From contig MU058065.1 of assembly GCA_013265495.1 (NCBI GenBank), positions 10,209,720-10,273,719 on the forward strand: a DNA stretch of 64,000 bases, written 5' to 3'. The position numbers were made by a program, and so were the translations under genes. The notes beneath the pieces were generated by a model, which saw only the letters and a program-made list of their open reading frames with translations, was not told the origin of the DNA and did no database searches. Numbering within the stretch: position 1 is the first letter of the stretch; every line of letters starts with the position of its first letter. Shown here one piece after another: positions 12,718-24,729 of the stretch. The stretch comes from Vicugna vicugna. Taxonomy: Eukaryota.

Positions 12718-13309
12718 ATCCTATTTCATAATTAGGGGAATGGAAAGGTACTTACTCCGTTTCACTTACTTGTTAAGCATGGAACAAGGTTTTAAAATTG
12801 GGTCTTCTAATTCCAAATGCAGAATTATTTCTACTACATCTGGATGATATTTTTATCTGAGGAGTAATATAGTTGAATTGATATATTCAGATCAGAATTG
12901 CTTTTTTAAAGCTGCATTTATAGCATCCTCTAATACCATCTTATGTTGTCCATAAGTTAGAATTCACATTGTTTAATTCTAGAAGCATCACATATTTTTA
13001 CCTTAAGAATGAGGACTCTTATATGTAAAATATATTTTTATTTCTTATATTAGTTTTCTGAGAATAACTCAAAATTCCCATTTGAATTAAACTGTCAATA
13101 TATTTCATTTGTCTGTTTTAATATAGATGAACACTGGTTTTAGAAATCAGTTATATATTTGGCTAGTGCTTGAGAAGTTGACATATACAACAAAGAGCCT
13201 AAATCCATTTTTGGATATTTGACTTGATGGCTTTCTATCCCCACCTCCACTCTCTATCCTTTTACTTCACTTTAAGGCAAGTTAATCTGAAATGTTTGGC
13301 ACTCCTTCC

Positions 13310-13562
13310 TTTGGCAATAGTTCAAACTACATGAGCCCTAGTCCACACATGGGAAGCTTCACCCCCAAACCACCCCTAACTACACACAAAAAGCTAAAGC
13401 CTATCTCTTTCTGGCTCTTATAAGTCATTTTCTGATCTGCTTAGCAATCTGCTCCTGCCTCCCCAGAAAGCTTCCTCATGTGAGTAATAAATCTCTTACA
13501 CCATCTTGGTGCATTTGTGGCATCACCAGCCTCAACATCCAAACCAATTTGGTGTGGCAGCA
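13310..13562 (+). mobile_element. ERV LTR 3' part (ERVL-like)
   Basis: cctgcctccccagaaagcttcctcatgtgagtAATAAAtctctt followed by a U5-like segment ending in ...gcagca. Confidence 0.5.
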
Positions 13563-14492
13563 TAAAATCATTCTAGGACTATTCTAATATTGGGTTCTGT
13601 CTTAATCAAAAAAAAAAACGTATCCCATCTCTTCAAAATACTTCTCAGAACCACTTCACTGCTGGGTTCGGAAACATGGCCTGAATGTCATACATGGTAC
13701 TTTGGTGTAATGAAGAAAAAGAAGACGTTGGTTAGAGATGGGAAGACATACATACAGAAGATAGTGAAAAACTGTCAATGGATGACAAAATGACACCCTG
13801 AATTAATTTATGTGTCAATGTTTCAATCTTAAAAAATAAACAAGCCAACCCCTATTATATTTTATAGCTCCCATAAAACAAAAGCTTAAATTAGGACATT
13901 AAAAATACATCTTTAATTGGTTTTATGTCTACCAGATAAAGATGACTCAAAGAAAAAACAAAACCTATTCTACACAGCTATTGTGAATTTATAGTTATGT
14001 GCAACTGACTAGAACTTGAGGAGATATCGATGTATGAATGTACAAGTATGATTAGCAAGAGAGGAACTTCCTTAAAATGAGCAGGAGACTATATTGTACA
14101 TACGTGAGTCCTTTACACCTAAATTTATGAGAAAACACTAATTTACACAGGGTATCTGCATTTCAAAAAGAATGAAATGAAAGAGAGTAAAAGAAGTCAT
14201 TTGGGAACTTAGAATGAGCTAACTGAAATTAGAGGATGAATTTAGAGACATGAAGAAACGTACATGAGAATAGCTTGCAATCTGAGCAGGAGAATGCGGC
14301 AGTCGCAGTCATTAATAAGTGCACTGAGGTGCATGTTAGGCTGCGGTCAAGAACTTACTAGCAACTTAAACTGAGACATGGAAATTTGTATCCCCAGAAG
14401 GATGAAAGGAAGCCCTTTTATTTCTCCAGAGATTAAAATAGCTCTAAAGTCAAGTATAGGCTTCAAAGTTTAAGTCTGATATATATGTATGA

Positions 14493-14494
<2 letters not shown>

Positions 14495-14528
<34 letters not shown>
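14495..14528. repeat. (AC)17 microsatellite
   Basis: Uninterrupted ac dinucleotide run. Confidence 0.97.
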
Positions 14529-14530
<2 letters not shown>

Positions 14531-17500
14531 CGAAGTGGAACAAGGGAGTGGAAAAAAAAGTCAAGAAAGTAGAACAAGAGAGCTGCCATAAATCAACACT
14601 CAGCTGTTCTAAGATAACTGATGGGTGCAAGCTTGTGTACCTAGCCCATTTTTGAGTCCATCCCAATGCAGCATAAGTGACGATACAATTGAAACGATAA
14701 TATATGTGTTGAGCTGAGGTAGGCATGTTTTCTCTGAGTGTCAGGGCTACAAGAAGGAAGAGAATGGAGAAAGCTGGTACCAAAAAATGACTTGAGTCTC
14801 AGAGTGGCTATCTTTTTTATGGTACTAACATGAAAAATGAAGTTCTAAATGTCAGCTGCTGGATTCGAGTTTAAAAATCACAATTAAATTGTGTGAATAT
14901 TCAAAGCAAGGGAAATGTATTTTTTTGAGGCTAGTTATCTGGTTTTAAAAATATATTCTCATAGATGATTTCTCAGAATTATACTTTAGTATACATTTGC
15001 TTATTATACTTTAAAACTGAATAGCATTGACTTGAATAAAATCTAGTTCAGCATATTCATGATGAAACCTATGGTCTAGGCACAAGACTATTACATGGCA
15101 GGCATGTTGCAATTGTCAGTAAGGCCGTTTGGGAAAGTAAAGACAGAACCACTTGAATATTTTGGGAACTCTCTTCAGTACTGAACACTTGAACAGAACA
15201 GTGGAAGGCTTCCTCATTTCTGGTGCCAGTTCAATGTTGAATTCTTTCCCTTTAGAGCAGTGTGACTGGTAGTTATCAGGATATCTGAGGGTCAAGTGTA
15301 TGCACACGATATTGATCTCTCTGAGTAGTTCCCAACATTGCTTCTATTTCAGGAAAACCTTTGTGTCAAGAAGTAAGCATCCCATCCTCAAAACTAATCT
15401 ACTTGATAAATTCCTTTCTGCCCACAATAGGGGGGAAAAAAGAAAACAGATGACAAATAAAACAACAAATAAATAATGTGTTTAGTATTTGAGGCCATCT
15501 AAATAACTGCCTCTAATGTGAATCAAATACTACAAAGCACTCGTCCCCTCAAATTTCTCCATCCAATGTTGTCCTTTTCAGAAACTCAGTTCCTTGCCAA
15601 TTGATGAATATTTGTTACAACAATATTTTTTCACTTTGTTTCAGTTCAGAGTAAACTATTCAGAAAAATGCATGGTCCATGTTTTGAAAGATATTTGGAC
15701 CAGATGCAAGCTTCAGTTGAACCTGGAAAGGTAAAAAAAGAATGCGTAGGATGGTGTAACATTGTCTTGTTCATTTGTTTTTATCAAGGATAATTTTCTT
15801 TGTATTGCAAAGGGGAAAGATCATAGAACTGGTTCCCTTTTGGTAAACATGTAGGGTGTAAGTGGTTTACCAATTGTTTAAGTTAGAAAAAAAGAAGGGT
15901 CTCCTTTTCATGTTATTTTAAAGCAATTTTGACTCGATCCTTAGTATGAGGAGATGCTTGATGGAAAGGAAGTGAACTCATATTTAGGTGCTTACTTGAC
16001 ATCTTCACTTGGTTGTCTTTAAATGACCTCTGTATGGGAAAAATATGGAATACTTGAAAATGAATTTAAAAAATTATTGGATATCTTCAATAGAAAATTA
16101 GGTATTGTGTGATGCATCTTTCTGATTCTTTTGTGTCTCTACACCTTTCATTGTCTCTGAGATTTACCATTTTGTAAGATGTGGATAAAAGAAAAAATTG
16201 CAAATTTTTCTTATCCCTAGATATGCAAATAAATTTTGTCTCATCAAGTGCAATTGATTTTTCCTCTGTAGAAGATGCATGCTTTGCATCCACTAAGCAA
16301 ATGCATTTCAACAGTCTTAATTGCTTCTATATGTGTCTAATCTTTTGGGTGCTTCTTGGAACTGATTGTAACATCTTACTTGTTTCCTCATTAATTAATG
16401 ACTTAAATCGACTGACCATGGTCATTTCATATTTGTATGAGTCATGATTTTACCTTTTTACAAAAATAAAAACCTTTTGACACCTCATATTTGGATCAAG
16501 TATGTACCTGATCTTCCACTTCCTATATCAGAAGCACCACCATCTATTGTTCTGTTAATATATGCATTCAGTAACTTTACGGTCATCTTCAGCTTCTTCC
16601 TTCCATTCTCTTCTACTCCATATCTGTTTCCAGGTCATTTCTTTACAGGTGCTTCTATTCAAATACATCAGACCCTAATGGACAGTGTATCCAGGTTGAG
16701 GGTAGTGTGCACGCATTTATGCCATGACATCCCATACCACACCATGTCATTTGAAAACTTCTCAATGAGCTATATTTCACATAGATATCCTCACATTCAA
16801 TGTCCAGGCCCCATACATTCTACTTTCTGAATATCTCTTCAAATCACCTAATTTGCTCCTTTTCCACAATTACTCTAGCAGCAGTCTAGATAGAAAGTTG
16901 ATTTAGATAACTCTGGGAGGAGGTTGGTCAGCTAAGTAAACAACAAATCACTGTAAAGTTTAGAGAAGATGAGCATGGCATGGTGTGGTGTGGATTGCCA
17001 TGATATAAGTTCATGCGTGTGGTGGGACTCTAGTCTCCACTCTCTATTAACATGTCATGTGTTTGTGCAGAAGTGCTTGTAAAGTGAGTAAACAGAAAAT
17101 CAGTAAGTCATTTAGCACTTGCTGGAAGAGAACAATTTGCTAATCCGACAGTTTTTGGAGCTCATGGATCTCAGAACAAAAGCCAGGTGGCTGAGTGCAC
17201 TTAGTATCACAGTACACTGACACAAATATCCTTATTTGATTACTTTGACAGAAACCAGCCCAACCAATGCTTAGAAAACAGGATTGCTGTCCACATTTGG
17301 CTGTGCTCTGAAGAGTAACTGGAGTATATTATCTTCTGAGAAGCACAAATAAGGACCTTTAATTTCGGTATTGCTTAAAACACACATAAACTTTGTTGTG
17401 GATCTTTTTGAAAGGGGGAAGTAATTTTTAAAGGATTGAATGAATTTGTTCTTAATGCAAATCCACAATTTAGTTACTCAGCATATTATTCAAAAACAGT

Positions 17501-19819
17501 TTCCACTGGTTCTCTCTTGCTAAAGTGTCCAAATTTTCAACTGCAAATGCATCAGAACTTTAAAGCTTTTATTTTTAGTTTCATGAAAAAGGAGAAGAAA
17601 TAAGAGAGAATTGAAGAGTGGACACTGAGGTTGTAACGCACTGTTACTTTATACACATGAGAGTCACTTTTGGTTCGTGCACCTACACATGAAGTTCTTG
17701 TTATTCTTTTAAAATAGCTTTTTAAAATGTGTTGGTGAGTTTTGTTTCTGTTTTGTGTTCATTTGTTTTGGGAGAAACAAACAAAAAACAAATTTCCCTT
17801 ACTCGGGTTTAGAGAAAGCTGAGAAGTTTCTGAGCTGGCTAAATTTATGAATATTATTACCCAATAACATCAATAAGTGATATCTGAAGGGAGCTACCAC
17901 GCCAGGAAGTTTAATGAACCAGGGGAGTACCTTGAAAAGATTTTTCTTTAGACACCCACTAGAGTTTACACATTCATGAAAGAGGTTGTCCCTGATTATG
18001 TGTGAATGATTTTTTCCCAATCATTTCCATCTTTTGTTTCTGACTTTGAATAAGAAAACTGTGTGTATTATGAATATGGAAATGAAAAAAACTTCCTAGC
18101 AAAAGCCTCAAGTGGAGAAGAATTGCACAATTACAATTATAATCTTTTTTTGGTTGATCAAGAATGGCAAGGTAGCAAATTAACAGCTTTCAACTGTTTT
18201 GTTGCCAGTAAATGTTTCAAAGGAGAACTTGTACTTCTGGTTGTACTCAGTTTTCCCTCCACATGGCTTTCCAGGCATGTGTGACAACTAAAATCCAACC
18301 CATGTAGTGTTTGCTAAGTCATGAATACTGGTGAATGAATGTGTCTCCCTAAGCAATGGATACTTTTTCTTTAATTTGTACAGAGTCTTCCAGCGTCCCT
18401 GTTTAAAGCTTAGAGCTATGCTTTAAGGACCAATTCTGATGTCCTGGAAAACAGATCCAATTTAATGTACACTCCCTCAGAAGACTTGAATCTGAGAAAA
18501 GACTTGAATTAAGATGAGCTTATGCTCATTAAGTGCCAGTAATGTTTAAATTCAGTTAGGCTATTTAAATTTTAGCCATGGCACAGATTTTTAACTTTCT
18601 ATAGAATCTGTGCCTCTTTAAATCCTGCTTTCAGTTTTACATTATTTATATTTATTAATTAATACATCGTTAAGTAATCATGTTTTAATTCTGGCCAAAA
18701 ATTACATGGAGTACTGTGTACATAGCTGCACTCTTAGTCTATGTTGCTCAAGAAATTCCTAGCATTTTGTCTGATGTATCAAAAATGAAGCAGCAGTCTC
18801 TGTGCTTACAGCATCTGCACTGCAGGAATATTAAGCTGATACTGAAAATTGACATCTGTGCTACAGTAGCCATATCAGAAATACATTAAGATATCACCAG
18901 TTCTAATAATTATTTCTTTTGCTTGAAAATCTAACAAATGTCAAGCCCTAAAAGCAGAATGAAAATATGAAAGTTGTGCTTTTTCAACAAAGTAAAGAAA
19001 TGAGAAATCTTAAAAAAATTATGAAATTATACAAATACTTTGTGTGTGTGTGCGCATGCACGTGCATGTGCCTTGACTGATTAAGAACGTGGTTTGTATG
19101 CAGGTTTAGAATTAGAGGTGGTCTTCAGCACATATTTTAATGTTTTTCTTTTCTGGAGCCTGCAGTCAGTTGAAACAAGCAGATTCAGTAGCACCAGCTT
19201 TCACTTTTCTTTCTGAATATGCCTTCTTGAATCCAAGAATATCTTGCTACATAGATGTCATATACTGGACATTTTTTCATGTTGCACAAGAATATTATTT
19301 AAGCTAATTATTTATACAGGCAACCTGGAACAAGGGAAGTGTCAACGGGTAACTGGCTATTAATGAAACTGCAAATTTGGGAGGATCTTGTATTTTGCCT
19401 TGACATTCTTCTATTTCAGTATCTGTTCTTTCTTCCTTCCTCTACCCCGAAGCCAGACCTCATCATCTCAGGCCTTTGTAGCAATGTCATACTCTTCTCA
19501 AGCCTCCTCATCTTCTCACCTCGGCTTGCTAAAGCCATGCTGCTCGGCACAGAAAAGTATCTGCCTGACAATTCATCTCTGTAAGACCCAAGATATCCCT
19601 TTGCTAAACTAATAAACTATTCCCTGCTAATGCCCATCAGCAAAATACACCCATGATAATAGCATGTATTCTAATAGAATTATTTTATAAATAGTATTTT
19701 TCTTCCACTAAATAATTACTCTAATGTTGGGGTTTTTATTTGTGAAGGAGAAACTTTTTTTTTGAATGTCTAAGATCAGACAGCATAGTCAACCAACTAG
19801 ATAATTAGAGTGAATTTTA

Positions 19820-19985
19820 GAAGTAAAGCACTCACCTGGGAATCAAAAGACTTGGCTTCTTCTCCCAGCTCCAGCACGACGCACCTGTCAGATCTTGGAA
19901 AGGCACTGAAATTCTCTCATGTTCACTCTCCTCATTTCTAATCCACTGAGAAAGTTGGATCTGGTGATTTTTAAGAATCACCCTG
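19820..19985 (+). mobile_element. MIR-family SINE
   Basis: aaagcactcacctgggaatcaaaagacttggcttcttctcccagctcc...gatcttggaaaggcactgaaattctctc...ctcctcattt matches the MIR 5' region and core. Confidence 0.7.
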
Positions 19986-20744
19986 AAATACCAGTTCTGA
20001 TGTGTTTCTTTATAAGTCTGTAACGGTATAATATTACTACATCTCCATAGGAAGGGAATTGAATGTAGACTATATAAGCCCTTCAGCCCATTCAGCTCAA
20101 TTCAAGGATCAAGCGATCACACGCTCAAATCCCATTCTTTAGGTAGAGTCTTAATGAAATATGTGTTGTAATGAGATAAAACAAAGCACAGAAACGTTTA
20201 AATATCTTTCAAACTAGCTCAGCCAGTAAGTTTTGAATGGTGAATAGGCTTTGAGTTTTCTGATTCCTAATTCAACCAAGGTTAAAGTGAAATCTGGGGC
20301 AGATTTCCAGAGATGATTTCTCATTCTCTGCAAGAATTAACACATGCGCCTGCTTAATGATTTGTTAATGCCAAGGCTTTCCACGATAAAGAACATTTAG
20401 TAGTGCCTACTATACTGTAAGCAGTTGGCCATTGTGCTTATGTAGTGTGCTGTGGCTGCTCTTACCAGCAGGCCCTGGCACCCAAACTCTTTCCAACAGA
20501 TTCAGAATTTGCCCGCACTAATTACAAAGAGTTCTGTGCCCACAGAACATAACTTGCTCATCACTTCTATTCTGTTTATAATGGTCAAGGCCAAGATTAG
20601 GAAGAAGGGAGGGAAAGAGAGAGGGAGGAGAGAGGGCTACTGTCTCCAGGTAAACAGTAAGCATTGTGGGAAAAAAAAATAAGCTTCATAGAGGAATGAG
20701 CAACAATTAGAAAACAAAATTGAACCTGATCATTTCACAGTTGA

Positions 20745-21545
20745 AATGGATCACAGTGTCTCCACCACATAGTGTCCACCTACCTCTCCAGGGATGGCCA
20801 TTGTTTACATCCTTGTACCACCATGAACAGCACTGCAATGAACATAATTGTACGTGTCCCTTACAGACTCTGGGATAGTTTCACTGGGGTATGAAGCTAG
20901 AGCTGAATTACTGTCTGATGGAGTGTTCATCTCCTTGCTTTCTGTCCAGTCCCACCAAGAGCGTGTGAAGATTTTTAAACCAAGTTTCCGGGAACACTTG
21001 ACATTATCTAGCTTTCTAATTATAGTCAGTCTAAAAGGTTTAAATTGATCTGTCCTGAGAATACAGACTTGTGGTTACTGGGGTGGGGGGCGGGGTAGAG
21101 GGTGGGAAGGGATAGACTGGGGTTTCAAAATTGTAGAACAGATAAACAAGATTACACTGTATAGCACAGGGAAATATACACAAAATGTTATGATAAATCA
21201 CAGAGAAAAAAATGTGACAATGAGTGTGTATATGTCCATGAATGACTGAAAAATTGTGCTGAACACTGGAATTTGACACAACACTGTAAAATGATTATGA
21301 ATCAATAAAAAATGTTAAAAAAATAAATTGATCTGTCCTTATCCTTATCTTAATTTGCATTACTCTGAACAAATTTGAACATTTCTTTATATACTTGTTT
21401 GCCTTTTGCATTTTATTTGTAAAAATTTAACCTGTTGATTTGCTAATGTACTGTGACTTTTCTAGTCTTAGTCTCTTGTTGGTTTTAGACATTTTGAATA
21501 TCTTCTCCTAGTATATTATTATCTTTTAAATTTGTCCGTTGTATA
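20745..21545 (-). mobile_element. Old L1M fragment (antisense), interrupted by a young L1
   Basis: cactgcaatgaacataattgtacgtgtccc...gctagagctgaattactg...cagtcccaccaagagcgtgtgaag...ttaatttgcatt... typical of antisense L1M 3' ORF2/UTR. Confidence 0.65.
21057..21323 (+). mobile_element. Young 5'-truncated camelid-type L1 3' UTR
   Basis: gagaatacagacttgtggttac...ctgtatagcacagggaaatatacac...AATAAA plus A-rich tail; perfect 16-bp TSD taaattgatctgtcct (21041-21056 / 21324-21339). Confidence 0.95.
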
Positions 21546-22622
21546 CTTGATAGTCCCCTAACATACCAATTAAGACATGATGGCTACACTTTTAGAAAGA
21601 AATGTGGACAGTTTATGAATGCTATGTCTTCTTGGGGGGAATGTGACAGAGATGCTGACCAGTTGTGTTAGAGGTCCAAAGTTACTAAAACATGCCACCT
21701 AGCTGGAGGAGCCTCATGTCAAGAAAAGGTACTGATCATAAATCCTTAATTTTAGGTACTATTAAATGAATCAACTTTTTGCTTAGTGTTTTTGAAGATT
21801 TTTCACACTCATAATTTGAAAATATTCTCCTACATTTATGTATATTGTATATAAAATTTTTATGTGTAAGTACATTCTTATGTTATAGCTTTATAGTTTT
21901 ATATATAAGTAAATATATATCATATAAAAACATAATATATTAAATCTGTAATTCATGTGGAATCAAATTTTCTATATAGTGTTAAATGGGAGTCTAGTTT
22001 CATTTTTCTCTAAATAGTAACCCAATCTCCACAATACTACCCATTCAACAACTCACTATTTTCTATTGATTTGTGCTGCCCCCTCTAGTATATGTGAAGC
22101 TCCTAAAATCCATGGAAGTGAACTCTTTATTTTCTCTGAATGTTTTATTTTCTTCCTCTAAAGTCCTATATCTTTGTCCTCCCAAGACTGATACAATGTG
22201 CCCCAAGTATGTTCTTACAAAATATATTAAATTTGCTAGTAGAAGTCAAAAAGTCCAGGGCACTTGAACAAAAACACTTCTGAGTAGTTGCATAGTCCAA
22301 ATTCTCAGTTCGGGACTGGGACTTAGCAGCCCCTAAACATGGTGTCATTCACATCAATTTAAAATTATATGTTGTCAGAAGGTATAGTGTTCAGCCTAGG
22401 CTCCTTTTCAACATTGTCTCTGCTAGGTGGGAGTGACTCAAGCAACTTCACTTCTGAGTTGTCTATTCAGTCACATATGTTCATACATAAGCGAAGTGTA
22501 TATATTAAATTATTCAAGAGAATGCAAGAGCAAGAACATGATTTAGGCATGTCACTATCCTTTCTTTGTTTAGAAAAAAGTGATGAAGATCATCTCAGTG
22601 TCAAAGGGATTAAGAGGACAGA

Positions 22623-23790
22623 CAATATCATATGATGTAGCCTATATGTGAACTCTAAAAAAAAAAATACTTATTTTATTTACAAACCAGAAATAGACTG
22701 ACAGACAGAAAACAAACTGTGGTTACCAGGGGGAAAAGATGTGGGTTCGTCACCAGTTGTGGGTTCTGGCCAGCAGAAGTCCCACTGAAACAGAATGAAT
22801 TACTCAAGACTCTGTGGAAAAGTCAAGAGAGCGAGAGGGAGTCGGGAGCCAACTCCATGAACCTCTCAAATGTCCCCACATTTATTGTGTACAATCAAAG
22901 GAGAAATCATTGACAATTGTGTGATGGAATGCAGGAATTTAGGGAAAGGCAGGGTGGGATCTAGATTGTAGAGTCTGGCTCAAGGTCAGAAGACCCTTTA
23001 TCTTTTTGTAAGTCATGTTCCTGTTGACATCAGGGAGCCTTACAGCTTATCAGGGCAGAACATCTGAGAAGAACTTCTTAACATTTTTCTTGGACTCAGG
23101 CAGCTGTGCCTGTCTTAGGTTGCTCCCCACTGGGGGTCTTACCCGTCATTGGCTAAGCAGCCTTCTCACCTCTGAGTCTGCATCATTTTTTATAACTTGT
23201 TTACCATTCCAGCCCAACACTCTTTCCTTTGAGGGCCTACAGTTTACCTTTAGGGAAGTCATGGGAAGAGGGGAGCAAGATACATTCTTATAGATATGTT
23301 AAAGCAGACCACCAGCCTAGCCAGTTCCTTGCTTTGGGGATAGAAGACTATCTAACAGCAGGCACGTCCAGCGCTTATAGCCGAGGGCCTGGGTCGTTGC
23401 TTTGCAAGGAGCAGAGTGCTATCTAAAACCTCAACTATGCAAGCAAGGCAGTTACTAAGCACATTTGCTCTTCTTTAAGGAGACAAGTGGCTGGGGTCTG
23501 TTACAATTTGTTAACCCAATCATGGCTCCCACAAAAGGAGGTTGCGGAGGAATAGATGGAGTTTGGGATTAACAGATACACATCACTATATATAAAACAG
23601 ATAAATAACAAAGACTTACTGTATAGCACAAGAACTACATTCAATTCCTTGCAATGAGCCATAACGGAAAAGAAACTGAAAAAATACATATGTACGTATA
23701 TGTATAACTGAATCACTTTGCTGTACACCTGAAACTAACGTTGTAAATTGACTACAATTCAATAAGAAATAAGAATTATAAAAAAAAAAA
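22623..23790 (+). mobile_element. 5'-truncated L1 3' end, split by an LTR insertion at 22740-23533
   Basis: L1 text aatatcatatgat...aacaaactgtggttaccaggggg resumes after the LTR as ggagtttgggattaacagatac...aataagaaataagaattat plus poly(A); TSD aagaggacaga (22612-22622 / 23791-23801). Confidence 0.92.
22740..23533 (-). mobile_element. Solo endogenous-retrovirus LTR (~794 bp; possibly ERVK/betaretrovirus-like)
   Basis: Inverted termini TGTGGG...CCCACA; flanks aaaaga/aaagga (candidate 6-bp TSD, 1 mismatch); AATAAA on - strand at 22886-22881; cleanly interrupts an L1. Confidence 0.85.
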
Positions 23791-24466
23791 AAGAGGACAG
23801 ATAACAGGGGGAGAGGATTATCTCATTCTCCTTTCTAACTGGGCTGGGTTCACCTTATCAACCCAGCATCAGCGGCAGCAGGAGAAGTTTTATAGGCTGG
23901 TTCTCTTCACTATTTATAGAGGTGTGGTGCCTGGAGCATTTCATGATCATTTTTATTTGCACCAGTCAACCCTCATTAGCCTACTTTCCTAGGACAATAG
24001 GATTATAAAATCACTATGTCAGTCTGCCCTATCCTTTTCCACTAATAACTTTTGATCCCAGAGGCTAATTTCAGCCAGACCTGGCAGAGTGGCCAAGGGC
24101 TTATCAGTTCTGTAAAAAAACAGTCACCCACAGGAAAGTATGGCAGCCTGCACACCTCGTCCTAATAGAGAGAGGCTTAGCTAAAAGGCCTGAAGTGTGT
24201 GAATCGATTACACTCAAATTTGCTGGGTGAGCTTGAAAATAGCCTAATTTCAGCCAAAGGTGTCCAGTTGAAATAGTCTGTTTGAAATATATTTAATAAA
24301 ACCCAAATTCCAGAGCCTGCTCACATAATAATCCAGCAAAGTACTATTATTTAATAAATATAAAAAATTTTTAACATATTTTGTAAAGTATTTTAATTTT
24401 TTCATTAACTTTAATCATATGTTGTAGTATTTTTAAAATTATTACTACAATGTAAAAAAGAGAGAT

Positions 24467-24729
24467 ATATATTGAGCATAATTCCCTGTGCTATTATACA
24501 AAAGAAACTTTTTTTAAGATCTATTTTTATATATAGTGTCTAACATTTGTAAATATCAAACCCCCAATTTTATCCCCTCCCACCCCCTTTCCCCAGTAAC
24601 CATAAGATTGTTTACCAAGTCTGAGAGTCTGTTTCTGTTTTGTAGGTGAGTTCGTATGCAGGTCTGGGACATTGTGCTGTGCACCAGAAACTGACACATT
24701 GTAATTGACTGTACTTCAATAAAAAAAAA
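24467..24729 (+). mobile_element. L1 insertion with 5' inversion (twin priming)
   Basis: Antisense L1 3' UTR at ~24467-24653 fused to a sense terminal segment ~24654-24729 ending in AATAAA/poly(A); imperfect TSD aaagagagatata / aaagagaagacata. Confidence 0.85.

Noticed and set aside
14463..14783. 106-aa ORF ending in VCVCVC
   Set aside because: Repeat arises from the (AC)n microsatellite
16087..16830. Overlapping ORFs of 74-128 aa
   Set aside because: Low-complexity hydrophobic composition, partly over L2-like sequence; no homology recognised
22719..23728. Cluster of four ORFs
   Set aside because: Inside the solo LTR and L1 3' UTR; no gag/pol/env motifs
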